Shown here in pieces: positions 37,400 through 47,490 of a stretch of 64,000 bases of DNA. Source of the stretch: Terrimonas sp. (GTDB taxonomy: Bacteria > Bacteroidota > Bacteroidia > Chitinophagales > Chitinophagaceae); assembly GCA_016125075.1 (NCBI GenBank), contig WGMO01000020.1, forward strand, positions 27,852 through 91,851, in the 5' to 3' direction. A program made the translations under genes and the position numbers. The notes under the pieces were generated by a model, which saw only the letters and a list, made by a program, of their open reading frames with translations, was not told the DNA's origin and did no database searches. Each line of letters begins with the position of its first letter. Position 1 is the stretch's first letter.

Positions 37400-38821
37400 A
37401 TGTCAGAAAATACAGAATACAGTTTCTTCGGCGACGTTTGTAAAAGCTTTGACAAAGCCGCAAAATTCACAAAATGGGATAAAGGTATCCTGGAACAGAT
37501 CAAGGCCTGCAATGCGGTTTTCCGTATGCGCTTTCCTGTAAAAATGGATGATGGCCGCATAGAAGTGATCGAAGCCTACCGGGTACAACACTCCCATCAT
37601 AAAGCTCCCTGCAAGGGTGGTATCCGTTTCGCTGCAGAGGTTAACCAGGATGAAGTCATGGCGCTCGCCTCACTCATGACCTATAAATGTGCCATTGTCA
37701 ACGTGCCATTTGGTGGTGCGAAGGGCGGTATCAAGATCAACCCCCGTAAATACTCCGCTTACGAACTGGAAAAGATCACCCGTCGCTATACCTCCGAACT
37801 GGTCAAGAAGAATTTTATCGGTCCGGGTACCGATGTGCCGGCGCCTGATTATGGTACCGGTGAAAGGGAAATGGCCTGGATTGTGGATACCTATACCACG
37901 CTTAAACCGGGAGAAATTGACGGGTTAGGTTGTGTTACCGGAAAACCTATTACACAGGGTGGCGTACGCGGACGCAGGGAAGCGACCGGAATGGGAGTAT
38001 TTTTTGGGGTCAGAGAAGTTTGCAGTAATGATGATGTAATGAAGAACCTCGGACTGACCACCGGTATCCTGGGGAAAAAGGTTATTGTTCAGGGATTGGG
38101 CAACGTGGGTTATCATTCCGGCATTTATTTCCAGGATGCAGGCGCGAAAATTGTAGGGATCGCGGAATATGAAGGGGCCATTTATAACCCCGAAGGCATG
38201 GATGTCGATGAAGTATTCCAGCACCGGAAAAGCACCGGTTCCATCCTGAACTTCCCGGGCGCCCAGAATATAGAAAAAAGCACCGCCGCCCTGGAAATGG
38301 AATGTGATATCCTGATCCCAGCTGCCCTCGAAAACGTTATCAATGAAGAAAACGCCAATCGTATCAAGGCCAAAATCATTGGAGAGGCGGCCAACGGTCC
38401 GATCACACCAGAAGCGGATGAAATACTGAACGCAAAAGGGACATTGGTGATCCCTGATATGTTCCTCAATGCCGGGGGTGTTACCGTGTCCTATTTCGAA
38501 TGGTTAAAAAACCTGAGCCATGTACGGTACGGAAGACTGGAAAAAAGGTTTACGGAAAACCTCAACAGCCATATCCTGAGCCAGATGGAGGTGCTGAGCG
38601 GCAAACAGGTTTCACCCAGCGAAAGAGAATTCATCATGCATGGCCCTGATGAGATTTCCCTGGTGCATAGCGGTCTGGAGGAAACAATGATCTCGGCTAC
38701 CCGCGAAGTAATGGAAACCTGGAAATCACATCATAATATCCCGGATATGCGAACCGCTGCCTATGTTGTTGCCATCAATAAAGTAGCTACGAGTTATGCG
38801 GAACTTGGTATTTTCCCATAA
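37400..38821 (+). CDS. gdh: glutamate dehydrogenase, animal GLUD-like subtype with antenna-like insertion
   Basis: 473 aa. Contains [24 protein letters not shown] (catalytic Lys region), [10 protein letters not shown] (NAD(P) fold) and [16 protein letters not shown]. See the finding on residues 377-426. Confidence 0.9.
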   Translation: [473 protein letters not shown]

Positions 38822-38846
38822 AGTAATAACCGGCAAATTCATTCCC

Positions 38847-38877
38847 ATCCCGCTGTTCAACAGGCGGGATTTTTTTT
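38847..38877 (+). terminator. rho-independent terminator after gdh
   Basis: ATCCCGCTGTT-c-AACAGGCGGGAT (one bulged base) followed by TTTTTTT. Confidence 0.8.
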
Positions 38878-38922
38878 ATCATCATGTTAGCGCTTGCGGT
38901 ATGAAAAAAATCACGCATCATC

Positions 38923-40068
38923 CTACCGGTAAATTCCCTGCAGGTCCTTTTCAAATAAAGTAAATGGATCTTTATAAAACTTCAAAAAGTCCGGAACACT
39001 GACCTGTCCGGGAAAAGGTGCATAATAGTGGGTAGGGCTCCTGCTGTCATTCCTCCATACCAGCACATAACTTAAATGTAATCCTTTGGTCATTAACACC
39101 GGGAGTAAAGTAGTGGTCCACCATTCGGGATTTGGAATGGATTCAAGGCCGGTTTCAGTAAATGCGGCCAGTTTACCATTTTTTTCTGCAAACCCAGAAA
39201 CAATCTTTAGTTTTCGAATAGCGGCTGCGGTATCATACCGGTCCCTTCCCATATCGGCATAATCATCCATACCCACCAAATCAACCCATGCATTGCCCGG
39301 GTAACGGTCCATAAATTCATTTTCTGAATTGAATGTACAATCGGGAGAAAATGCATAAATAAAATTATGAACCTGTAGCGTATCCCGTAAATAAGAAACC
39401 GTAAACCGCCACAGGCTTATGAAATCCTCCCTGCTGCAATGTCCTTTGCCCCACCAGAACCAGTTGCCATCGAACTCATGATAAGGCCGGAAGATCATCG
39501 GTACCGGATTGCCATCTGCACCTTTTATTGAATGTACCAAATCGGCGATAGTCGCCAATATAGATTTATATCGCTGGTGATAGCCGCCGCCCGGGATAAT
39601 GTCTTTCACGGCTGCAGCGGCTGTGGAATCATTCCAGTAAAAATCAGTAGGAGAAACAGGGTTATTAAAATGCCAGGATACAGTCGTAACCCCTCCCCTT
39701 TTATAAGTATCCCAGATGATTTTTCGCAAAGCCGTCTTTTCCTTTTCAATCAGTGCATCAGTTCGCCCCGATAAACCGCTAAAATCAACACCAATCACAG
39801 CGGGATGGGAACCCGTTACTGAATGCACATCACTTCTGTTGTCACCGCCATACCAACCATGTCCGTATTCCGTGGCATGCTGATGGCCAAAAAGTATATG
39901 GTCTTTTGACAGGGTATGTAGGTGGTTAAACAGCGCGATTGTTTCCTTTGTCGCCGCCTGATCGATTAACTTCGGATCATTGTTTTGTGCATTGACATTA
40001 CCCATCCAGCATATACTGATCATATAAACAGCCAGTCGGGGCGAGAAGGATAAGGTGTAAATCTTCAT
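38923..40068 (-). CDS. GH26 beta-mannanase (secreted/periplasmic)
   Basis: 381 aa with a signal peptide (VNA-QN). The GH26 acid/base block is RPYHEFDGNWFWWG and the nucleophile region is AAFTETG. It is a paralogue of 46253..47398. Confidence 0.85.
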   Translation of the reverse strand: MKIYTLSFSPRLAVYMISICWMGNVNAQNNDPKLIDQAATKETIALFNHLHTLSKDHILFGHQHATEYGHGWYGGDNRSDVHSVTGSHPAVIGVDFSGLSGRTDALIEKEKTALRKIIWDTYKRGGVTTVSWHFNNPVSPTDFYWNDSTAAAAVKDIIPGGGYHQRYKSILATIADLVHSIKGADGNPVPMIFRPYHEFDGNWFWWGKGHCSREDFISLWRFTVSYLRDTLQVHNFIYAFSPDCTFNSENEFMDRYPGNAWVDLVGMDDYADMGRDRYDTAAAIRKLKIVSGFAEKNGKLAAFTETGLESIPNPEWWTTTLLPVLMTKGLHLSYVLVWRNDSRSPTHYYAPFPGQVSVPDFLKFYKDPFTLFEKDLQGIYR

Positions 40069-40095
40069 TGTTGAATTCCTGTTAAGATGTTAATT

Positions 40096-41832
40096 TCATT
40101 TCTTTTCCACTACAACATATACCGAGGATCTCGCTGCCAGCGGAATATTGATGGTGCTGCCGGCACTCACCAGCGCTGAAAAGGCTTTGATATCAGGGTA
40201 ATTAGTCGGGCCACCCGCCACCTGCGTTGGTGCATTACCGTTGATGATGACTTTCCGTGAAAAATCACCATTGTCGGTGCCGCCGGTTAATGCATACCAA
40301 TACACCCTTCCCCCGGGTATGAAATTCTTGAATTTCAACTGTACAGTGGTGGCATTCGCACTGGTGTTTAACAATATCGCACCCACTTCACCGGAAGAAT
40401 AGGACGACGCATAAGCATACAGGGCGTTATTCCCGATCACCGTGGAGGTCACGAGCCTGTCGCCGATCATTTTTTGGAAATAATACATATGGTAAAAAGC
40501 GGGTCTGGCCGTCCATTTGGCTACACCAGGTTCCCCTCCCTGGCTGAACATACCATGATCATTACCATTACTCCAGTCATTGGCCAGGTCCCACCGGGAT
40601 GTCATACCAAATTGGTTTTTCAACGCTTCCCCCAGCACCATATCCGCATGCATCCCGTTGATATGAGACACCTGTTGCATGGAACCCTGTGAAGTGATGT
40701 TCCATTCATTCAACACGATGGGTTTGATCGGTAATCCGGCCCCTGTCAACTGCTGTTTCACATAATCCATCATATTCTTCGTAACCGTTGAAGGCGTTGC
40801 CAGGATTTCGGCAACACCGGCATTGGTCTGGTAATTGGTATAATAGTTATGGACTACATAATAATCGGGTGTTGAGCCGGAAGCGCCGAATAGACCGGAA
40901 TTCCAGTTTTTTGCCGTATTGGTCCACCAGGAAAGGGGAGCCGATTCGGAAGTAACAGCACCAATATAGATGGTATGGCCGGTTTCCTGGGCAGCTTTGC
41001 GCATGGAATCGGCAAATACTTTAAAATGCTGACCGTACAGCTGACCGGAAACATATTCAGTTTGGCCATCCTGGTTTTTGGAGAGGTCGATCCGGTACCC
41101 GGCTTCCCAGTCCCCAAAATTCTCATTCCCGATTTCCCAGTATTTTGTTCTTCCATTGTCGAAGCGCACCCAGTCGGCAGCGAGATGAGCGGCAGCCGCA
41201 ACGGGGTTCGACCCCGTTCCATATCGCGCATATCCATAATTGATAGTGATCAAACCCTGGTTTCCGGTCTGTTGCAATAAACTATAATAATTGTCGACAG
41301 AAAAGGTCCAGCTTTCCTGGTTCTTTCCATACCAAAAACCAGCAGGTACCTTTGTGCCATTTGCCTGGACCAGCGAATCGGGTGCATTGGCCGGTTTTAC
41401 ATCCTTTGGTGCGTTCCAGAAAAAAACATCACTGATACTACCCCCCGGAAAACGAATGATATTGCCGGAATGCAGGTTTCGGATATCGTTCATCAAAGAC
41501 GCTTCTGTAACAATCTGGGTCATCCATAAATTTGCATTATTGCCAAATACAGATTTCGGTACCTTGGTGATAATCGATGAGGGATTTATTTCAATGATGG
41601 GGCCGCCCGAAACCGGTAAGCCGGAAGCGATAAAATCAGGCGGCATAAAAGATTTCGGCTGCCATTGATCGAGGAAAAAACCAATCGTGTTTGCGACAGG
41701 GGGGTCGACAGCCGGATCAAAGTGTGTGGTGTCCGGACCCGGGTTGGGATTGGGATCGGGTACACTATTTTTCTTTTTACAGGCGACCGATAAAGTAATC
41801 ATAAATACTCCGAACAATAAAACTCTTGTCAT
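40096..41832 (-). CDS. lipoprotein glycoside hydrolase, clan GH-A (beta/alpha)8 barrel plus C-terminal beta-sandwich; family uncertain (GH51/GH79/GH30-like pattern)
   Basis: 578 aa with lipobox LSVAC. Contains IRFPGGSISD. The candidate acid/base is in YWEIGNENFGDWE and the candidate nucleophile is in IVLNEWNI. Confidence 0.65.
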   Translation of the reverse strand: MTRVLLFGVFMITLSVACKKKNSVPDPNPNPGPDTTHFDPAVDPPVANTIGFFLDQWQPKSFMPPDFIASGLPVSGGPIIEINPSSIITKVPKSVFGNNANLWMTQIVTEASLMNDIRNLHSGNIIRFPGGSISDVFFWNAPKDVKPANAPDSLVQANGTKVPAGFWYGKNQESWTFSVDNYYSLLQQTGNQGLITINYGYARYGTGSNPVAAAAHLAADWVRFDNGRTKYWEIGNENFGDWEAGYRIDLSKNQDGQTEYVSGQLYGQHFKVFADSMRKAAQETGHTIYIGAVTSESAPLSWWTNTAKNWNSGLFGASGSTPDYYVVHNYYTNYQTNAGVAEILATPSTVTKNMMDYVKQQLTGAGLPIKPIVLNEWNITSQGSMQQVSHINGMHADMVLGEALKNQFGMTSRWDLANDWSNGNDHGMFSQGGEPGVAKWTARPAFYHMYYFQKMIGDRLVTSTVIGNNALYAYASSYSSGEVGAILLNTSANATTVQLKFKNFIPGGRVYWYALTGGTDNGDFSRKVIINGNAPTQVAGGPTNYPDIKAFSALVSAGSTINIPLAARSSVYVVVEKK

Positions 41833-41844
41833 TGCAATATTTTT

Positions 41845-43092
41845 TTATGAATCCGATAAGTTTGACTGAATATTCCCGATCCTGGCAATTATTTCCATGC
41901 AGGCACGGGTATTGTGGTAAGGACATTTCCAGAAACCGGCTTTATCTTCCTGTTCCATCACCGAATAATCTTCTTTGACGCCCCAAAACCATTCACCGTT
42001 AAGATGGTCCCTGATATGCTTTTTAATAAATGCCCAAGAGGCAACAGACCGGTTAAGAAATATTTCATCCCCTGATAACTGGAAGGCATTCATAAATCCG
42101 ATCATCGCTTCTGCCTGGGGCCAGGAATGTTTCTCCCGCACCCAGGAACCCGTCGGTGGATGGAATTCATACCAAAGTGCACCATCTTCATCTAATCCTT
42201 GCGCAGTTGATTTAGCAATTTCCACCGCCAGCGACTCAAACTTTTCAATCCATTCCCCGTGTTGCAATTCAGTGGCCGCCCGATGCAACAACCAGGCCGC
42301 TTCTATATCATGTCCAAAAGAAATTCCAGAAGACATTACCTGCCAGTTTTCGTTCATAAAAAGATGGAGGTGCAAATGCCGGTGATCGATAATATGATGA
42401 TAAAATACTGACAATAATCCCCCGATTTGCCGACGAAGCAATTCGTCTTTCCAAACTGAATACAATGCTGCATAAGCTTCGATGATATGAAGATGGGTAT
42501 TCATCGTCTTTTTCTCATTAGCATCCTTATCACTCAGCCGCAGGTCTTCCAGGATCCTCCATTCCCGGGTATAGGCTTCAAAATACCCCCCTCCCTGTTT
42601 GTCAAAACTGTATCTTTCTATGGCATAAAAAACGGCTTTCGCAAAATCCAGGGCGGGTTGTTCTTTCTTGGCTTTATAAAATGCCACCATTGCATAAATA
42701 CAAAAAGCAAGGCCATAGATCTGTTTTTTGCTATCCTTCATTTTACCCTTATAATCCACTGACCAGTAAAGCCCGCCATATACTGGATCAATAAAATGGT
42801 CACAGATATACTCATAAGCCCTTTCTGCAGCCTGTAAATATTTTGCCTGCCCGGTAAATGAATATGCAGTCGAAAAAGCCCAAAGAATACGGCTATTCAA
42901 TACCAGCCCTTTATCGGCAGCCAGGTCGGGTGTATTCTGGTTATTCACTTTACCGAAAAATCCCCCGAAACCCGTATCAACTGTAAAGGTCAGCCAATAA
43001 TCGAGAATAGCTTTCAGCTCTTCGGCCATTTCGAGGGAAAAGGTATTGAGTACTTTTTTATAACCGGGTTTATGTAATGTCCCTACGCTCAT
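41845..43092 (-). CDS. N-acylglucosamine 2-epimerase superfamily: cellobiose/mannobiose 2-epimerase
   Basis: 415 aa with (alpha/alpha)6-barrel style repeats. The catalytic-His contexts are TMNTHLHIIEAY and FGHDIEAAWLL. It is adjacent to GH130, as in the known mannan pathway. Confidence 0.8.
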   Translation of the reverse strand: MSVGTLHKPGYKKVLNTFSLEMAEELKAILDYWLTFTVDTGFGGFFGKVNNQNTPDLAADKGLVLNSRILWAFSTAYSFTGQAKYLQAAERAYEYICDHFIDPVYGGLYWSVDYKGKMKDSKKQIYGLAFCIYAMVAFYKAKKEQPALDFAKAVFYAIERYSFDKQGGGYFEAYTREWRILEDLRLSDKDANEKKTMNTHLHIIEAYAALYSVWKDELLRRQIGGLLSVFYHHIIDHRHLHLHLFMNENWQVMSSGISFGHDIEAAWLLHRAATELQHGEWIEKFESLAVEIAKSTAQGLDEDGALWYEFHPPTGSWVREKHSWPQAEAMIGFMNAFQLSGDEIFLNRSVASWAFIKKHIRDHLNGEWFWGVKEDYSVMEQEDKAGFWKCPYHNTRACMEIIARIGNIQSNLSDS

Positions 43093-43093
43093 C

Positions 43094-44302
43094 TCATTTT
43101 TTCTTTTCGCTGTGTTGGTGAACTAACACGGTATTCACCTGGTTGCGGTCTGCAAACTGGCATACCTTTTTCACTGATTCCGCAGAACAATAACCATCCG
43201 GAGCCGTATTCATGATATAATCGAGTAATTGTTCTAGGGTTGAAGTGGCAACATGCATGCGGGAGTCGGAGGATGCATAATAAATAAAAACGGATCCGTC
43301 TTCCTCCAGGATCCAGCCATTACAAAACAATACATTGGATACATCGCCGATCCTTTCGTCATTTTCCGGCGCCATAAAATACCCGGCTGGCTTATAAATA
43401 ATCTTCGTCAGATCCTGCAGGTCCGTCATAAAGAGATAGAGCACATATCTTAATCCTGCCGCCGTGTTCCGAACACCATGTGCCAGGTGCAGCCAGCCGT
43501 GTTTTGTTTTGATAGGGGCGGGCCCCAAACCATTCTTCGCCTCATATACGGTATGATAGACCTTTTTATCGATCACTACCTGCTCCTGGATCCTCGCCTG
43601 CTCAATCGTATCACAGATTCCAAAACCCACGCCACCCCCGCTTCCCGCATCAATAAAACCGTCCTGCGGCCGGGTATAAAAAGCATAACGGCCATCTACA
43701 AATTCCGGGTGCAACACTACATTTCGCTGTTGGGGCGAAGTCGTGACCAGGTTGGGTAACCGTTCCCAGTTCACTAAATCCTTTGTCCTGGCAATACCAC
43801 ATTGTGCAATGGCTGCTGCCTGATCTGTATCGGGAGCATCCGGGTCCCTCCGCTCGGTACAAAAAAGGCCGTAGAGCCAGCCGTCCTGGTGCGCTACCAG
43901 TCGCATATCGTAGAGATTGGTTTCGGGTTCAGAGGATTCAGGGATGATTACCGGATAATCCCAAAAATGAAAGTTATCGATCCCGTTCTGACTCTCTGCT
44001 ATGGCAAAAAATGATTTCCGGTCATATCCTTCCACCCTGGCAACCAGCAGGAATTTTCCGTTCCATTTGATGGCACCGGCATTAAACACTGCGTTGATGC
44101 CAAACCTTTCCATTAAAAAAGGATTCGATTCCGGGTTAAGATCATAACGCCAGATCAACGGGGTATGCTGCGCAGTCAGTACCGGGTTCCTGTACCGGGA
44201 GAAGATTCCGTTACCAGGCTCAATTTTTTTATTTGGCTTTGCGATGAGCGCCTCGTATTCTTTTTCCAAAAGGGCTAATCTTTGAAAAAAAATATTTTCC
44301 AT
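43094..44302 (-). CDS. GH130 4-O-beta-D-mannosyl-D-glucose phosphorylase-like
   Basis: 402 aa. The stretch [74 protein letters not shown] closely tracks my recollection of the Bacteroides fragilis MGP (BF0772) N-terminal region. Confidence 0.88.
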   Translation of the reverse strand: MENIFFQRLALLEKEYEALIAKPNKKIEPGNGIFSRYRNPVLTAQHTPLIWRYDLNPESNPFLMERFGINAVFNAGAIKWNGKFLLVARVEGYDRKSFFAIAESQNGIDNFHFWDYPVIIPESSEPETNLYDMRLVAHQDGWLYGLFCTERRDPDAPDTDQAAAIAQCGIARTKDLVNWERLPNLVTTSPQQRNVVLHPEFVDGRYAFYTRPQDGFIDAGSGGGVGFGICDTIEQARIQEQVVIDKKVYHTVYEAKNGLGPAPIKTKHGWLHLAHGVRNTAAGLRYVLYLFMTDLQDLTKIIYKPAGYFMAPENDERIGDVSNVLFCNGWILEEDGSVFIYYASSDSRMHVATSTLEQLLDYIMNTAPDGYCSAESVKKVCQFADRNQVNTVLVHQHSEKKK

Positions 44303-44321
44303 AACTTAAAAATTAAATCAA

Positions 44322-46148
44322 TTAATCCTCCAGTTTTTCCCACCATGTTTTCTTTAGAATGAAAATGATGATCACAAGAATGATGATGGTCACCAGCAGG
44401 GGTAATTTCATGAATAATACCAGGTACATCGGCAAAAGCGTTAAACAGCATTGTCCGATAATTCCGAGTATCACATTAAACATATCGAGTCTAAATCTTT
44501 TATTGGCAACAAAGGAAGGCTCATCCCGTAGGACCTGCTCATAAACGGGTTTCCAAAATCCCCAGGGTTTGACCGTCCTGTAAAATGATTTCAGCACTTC
44601 CATATCGGTTGGCTTACTGAGATAAGTACCGGCAACGGAGGCAGCGAATGAAATCACAAACAGCAATGGCCAGCTATACAAGTCTACCACGCCGTCAAAC
44701 AGGTAGGGAAAAACAAGTGCGGCGACGATACCCGCCAGCATTCCCCAGAAAAAACCGCCAGCATTGAATCGCCACCAATGCCATTTCAGCACATTTGACG
44801 CTATATATCCTCCATACAAGGCGCCGACTATCCACTGCAGAATATCATTGACATTTCCTGCAAAAAACCCCATGATGATGCTCACAGCAACCACGATAAC
44901 ACCAACAAAATAACTTACCCCGGTGATCCTTTTGTTTGTCGCCTGTTTATTTATGTATTTGATATAGATGTCGTTGACGATATATGCCTGCGCTGCATTT
45001 AAGGTGCCGGCAAAGGTGCCGATAAACGCGGCTAATAAACCTGCCAATAACAAACCCATCAGGCCTGCCGGCACGAAGCTGTGAATCGTGGCAGGCAGTA
45101 TCCTTTCAAAATCAATGGCGCCGGTTGCCGTGCGTAAATCCAGTTCCTGAAAAAAGAGTAACCCCAGCACCGCAAATCCGATAATCATCAGGTACCGGGT
45201 TGGTAATAATATAACCGAAACCAGTCCGCTCATTTTGGCAGCATCTTTTGGTGACCGGGTCGACAATAATTTCTGCATATCATAATTGGGTGCGGGGCCC
45301 GCCAGGCTGGCTAAGATTCCTTTTACCAGCATGAGTGAAAAAAACAGGCTGAAAGGTTCATACTGATCCGTTTTTATTTTCTCGTTTACATCAGCAATAA
45401 TCTGGCTCCAGTCCAGACCCATGGTTCTGCCAAAAAAAGGATTATTCCAGCCATCCGGTACATGCAAAGAATGGCCTGAAAGTTTGTTCATGGCGATGAT
45501 CGCAACCGCAACAGCTGCCACCGTCATGATCACATATTGAATGACATCTGCCAGCACAATACTCCGCATACCGCCTAAAATGGCATACACCACCGCAATC
45601 ATTGTAAAGACAACCCCGTAAAAATGCGGGACATAGGCCGGGGCCACCGAAAAGGGAATAAATTCTTTTACGGATTCCCAGGGTATGAATATTTCAACAA
45701 ATTTTCCCAGGCCCACAAATCCATAAGCCAGAAAACCCAGGCAGCTTAAAATGGCAAAGGCAACGATGACCCACTGGGCCAGCGATGACTCCTTACCCGA
45801 TCCAAACCGGGTCACCATCCATTCCGCCCCGGTGGTAACATTGGACCGTCGAAGCCAGACAGATAAATACATCATTAAAAAAACCTGGTTGAAGACAGGC
45901 CATAACCAGGGAAGCCAAAGACTTTTCAGACCATACACAAAAGCCAGTGTCACCATCCACATGGTACCGGAAATATCAAACATCCCGGATGCATTCGACA
46001 AACCCAGGTAATACCAGGGCAGGGTCTTACCGCCCAGCAGGTAACTTTCCTTACTGGCACCGGCTTTTTTCCGTACCCAGAAGCCGATCACGAGCATGGT
46101 CACCAGGTAGGCGATTAGAACCAATATGTCGAGTAATTCAAATTTCAT
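44322..46148 (-). CDS. sodium:solute symporter (SSS) family transporter
   Basis: 608 aa with about 13-14 TM helices. The N-terminus is LDILVLIAYLVTMLVIGFWVRKK...YLLGGKTLPWY, typical of SSS carriers. It sits in the mannan PUL. Confidence 0.8.
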   Translation of the reverse strand: MKFELLDILVLIAYLVTMLVIGFWVRKKAGASKESYLLGGKTLPWYYLGLSNASGMFDISGTMWMVTLAFVYGLKSLWLPWLWPVFNQVFLMMYLSVWLRRSNVTTGAEWMVTRFGSGKESSLAQWVIVAFAILSCLGFLAYGFVGLGKFVEIFIPWESVKEFIPFSVAPAYVPHFYGVVFTMIAVVYAILGGMRSIVLADVIQYVIMTVAAVAVAIIAMNKLSGHSLHVPDGWNNPFFGRTMGLDWSQIIADVNEKIKTDQYEPFSLFFSLMLVKGILASLAGPAPNYDMQKLLSTRSPKDAAKMSGLVSVILLPTRYLMIIGFAVLGLLFFQELDLRTATGAIDFERILPATIHSFVPAGLMGLLLAGLLAAFIGTFAGTLNAAQAYIVNDIYIKYINKQATNKRITGVSYFVGVIVVAVSIIMGFFAGNVNDILQWIVGALYGGYIASNVLKWHWWRFNAGGFFWGMLAGIVAALVFPYLFDGVVDLYSWPLLFVISFAASVAGTYLSKPTDMEVLKSFYRTVKPWGFWKPVYEQVLRDEPSFVANKRFRLDMFNVILGIIGQCCLTLLPMYLVLFMKLPLLVTIIILVIIIFILKKTWWEKLED

Positions 46149-46252
46149 TGATGCTGTTCAAGATTGTTAAAAGGGTTGCCCGATGAAGAATCAACAGGCA
46201 ACCTTGCTTATGCCTGCTGTACTAAAATTTTCTAAAATAATTTTTCCTTCTA

Positions 46253-47398
46253 TCATTCATCACAATAAATTGCATGAAGGTCTGATTGAAATATGGTTTG
46301 TTTATCCTTATAAAATGAAATAAAATCATTTGCCGAATGTTCTCCCTGATAAGGAACATAATATTCGAATTCATTATTCAGTTTTAACCCGGCATTCCGC
46401 CAACCCAGTACATAAGCAATAGAATGCTTTTTCAATACAGGCAAAAAGGTCCCTGTCCACCACCCGCTATCCGACTGGCAATTCCCGCCAAACTCAGTCA
46501 GTGCAGGGATCTTCTTTTTTTGTCTTGCCAGGGATTCCAGCATATTGAGCATGCTGTCCAGCGCCTTCATATAGGTATCTTTGGGCATTTCCCGTTGGTA
46601 GATATCAAAACCGATAATATCCACCCACTCGTCGCCGGGATACCTTTCGAGGTATTCTTCCCTGGAAAAAAACCGATCGGTATTAAAAGCATATAATAAC
46701 TGATGCAGGTTCTTTTTATCCCGGAGATATTGCACCGTATACCGCCATAAAGCATTGAAAGCGGCCGGTGTGCAATGGGATTTTCCCCACCAGAACCAGT
46801 CTCCATTCCCTTCATGAAAAGGGCGAAAAATAACTGGGATCGGTTCCTCATTCGGGCCCTTCAATTCGCTCAGAAAACGGGCGACCTTATCCAGCCAGCT
46901 ATTGTATAAAATATTTTTTTCACCGCCGGGCAGAATAGATGTCACTGTTCCAGGTGCTGGATCCCAGGCTGATTTTCCTGTCAATGGGTTATTCAGGTGC
47001 CAGCTAATAGTAATCACGCCTCCACGTTCATACCCTGATAGGATAAGATCGCGCATTTTCGCAAATGGGACACTGTCCAGGTTAGTATTGTCTCCCAGTT
47101 CAAGGTGTCCCAGTTCCCATCCATAAACAGCAGGATAATCACCACATACCTCCCTGGTATCACTTCTGCCGGGTTCATATTTCCAGTTCACACCGTAAGC
47201 AAGGTCATCCTGATGACCAAACATGATGCCCCTTTCTTTGAGCGTAAACAGGCTTTTGTATAGGCAAACTGTCTCGCTTGTCGCATGATGATCAATGGGC
47301 TTATTTTCTTTATGGTATGCGTTCAGGGTAAACATCCATACAAACAAAGCCGAAAGCATTATCAAAAGCCGCTTTAACATAAATAATTTATACAACAA
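46253..47398 (-). CDS. GH26 beta-mannanase (second copy)
   Basis: 381 aa with a signal peptide. Contains RPFHEGNGDWFWWG and PALTEFG. It aligns collinearly with 38923..40068. The alternative start is Met7 (47380). Confidence 0.85.
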   Translation of the reverse strand: MLYKLFMLKRLLIMLSALFVWMFTLNAYHKENKPIDHHATSETVCLYKSLFTLKERGIMFGHQDDLAYGVNWKYEPGRSDTREVCGDYPAVYGWELGHLELGDNTNLDSVPFAKMRDLILSGYERGGVITISWHLNNPLTGKSAWDPAPGTVTSILPGGEKNILYNSWLDKVARFLSELKGPNEEPIPVIFRPFHEGNGDWFWWGKSHCTPAAFNALWRYTVQYLRDKKNLHQLLYAFNTDRFFSREEYLERYPGDEWVDIIGFDIYQREMPKDTYMKALDSMLNMLESLARQKKKIPALTEFGGNCQSDSGWWTGTFLPVLKKHSIAYVLGWRNAGLKLNNEFEYYVPYQGEHSANDFISFYKDKQTIFQSDLHAIYCDE

Positions 47399-47402
47399 CT
47401 GA

Positions 47403-47451
47403 TAAAAAATCCCTGCTTACTGACCGCTGAAAATAAGGGTTGCAAGCAGGG
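47403..47451 (-). terminator. rho-independent terminator after the susC-susD-IPT-IPT unit
   Basis: The minus strand reads CCCTGCTT-(25-nt loop)-AAGCAGGG followed by ATTTTTTAT. It lies between the IPT gene stop (47491) and the GH26 start (47398). Confidence 0.6.
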
Positions 47452-47490
47452 TTATTATTAGCTATTTTAAGAAGTCATTACAACACCCAT

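Noticed and set aside
47458-47468. TTAGCTATTTT, similar to the susC-upstream repeat unit
   Set aside because: It is a single copy with two mismatches. It lies between a stop codon and the terminator hairpin, where a promoter-proximal activator site makes little sense. Chance occurrence in AT-rich DNA is likely.
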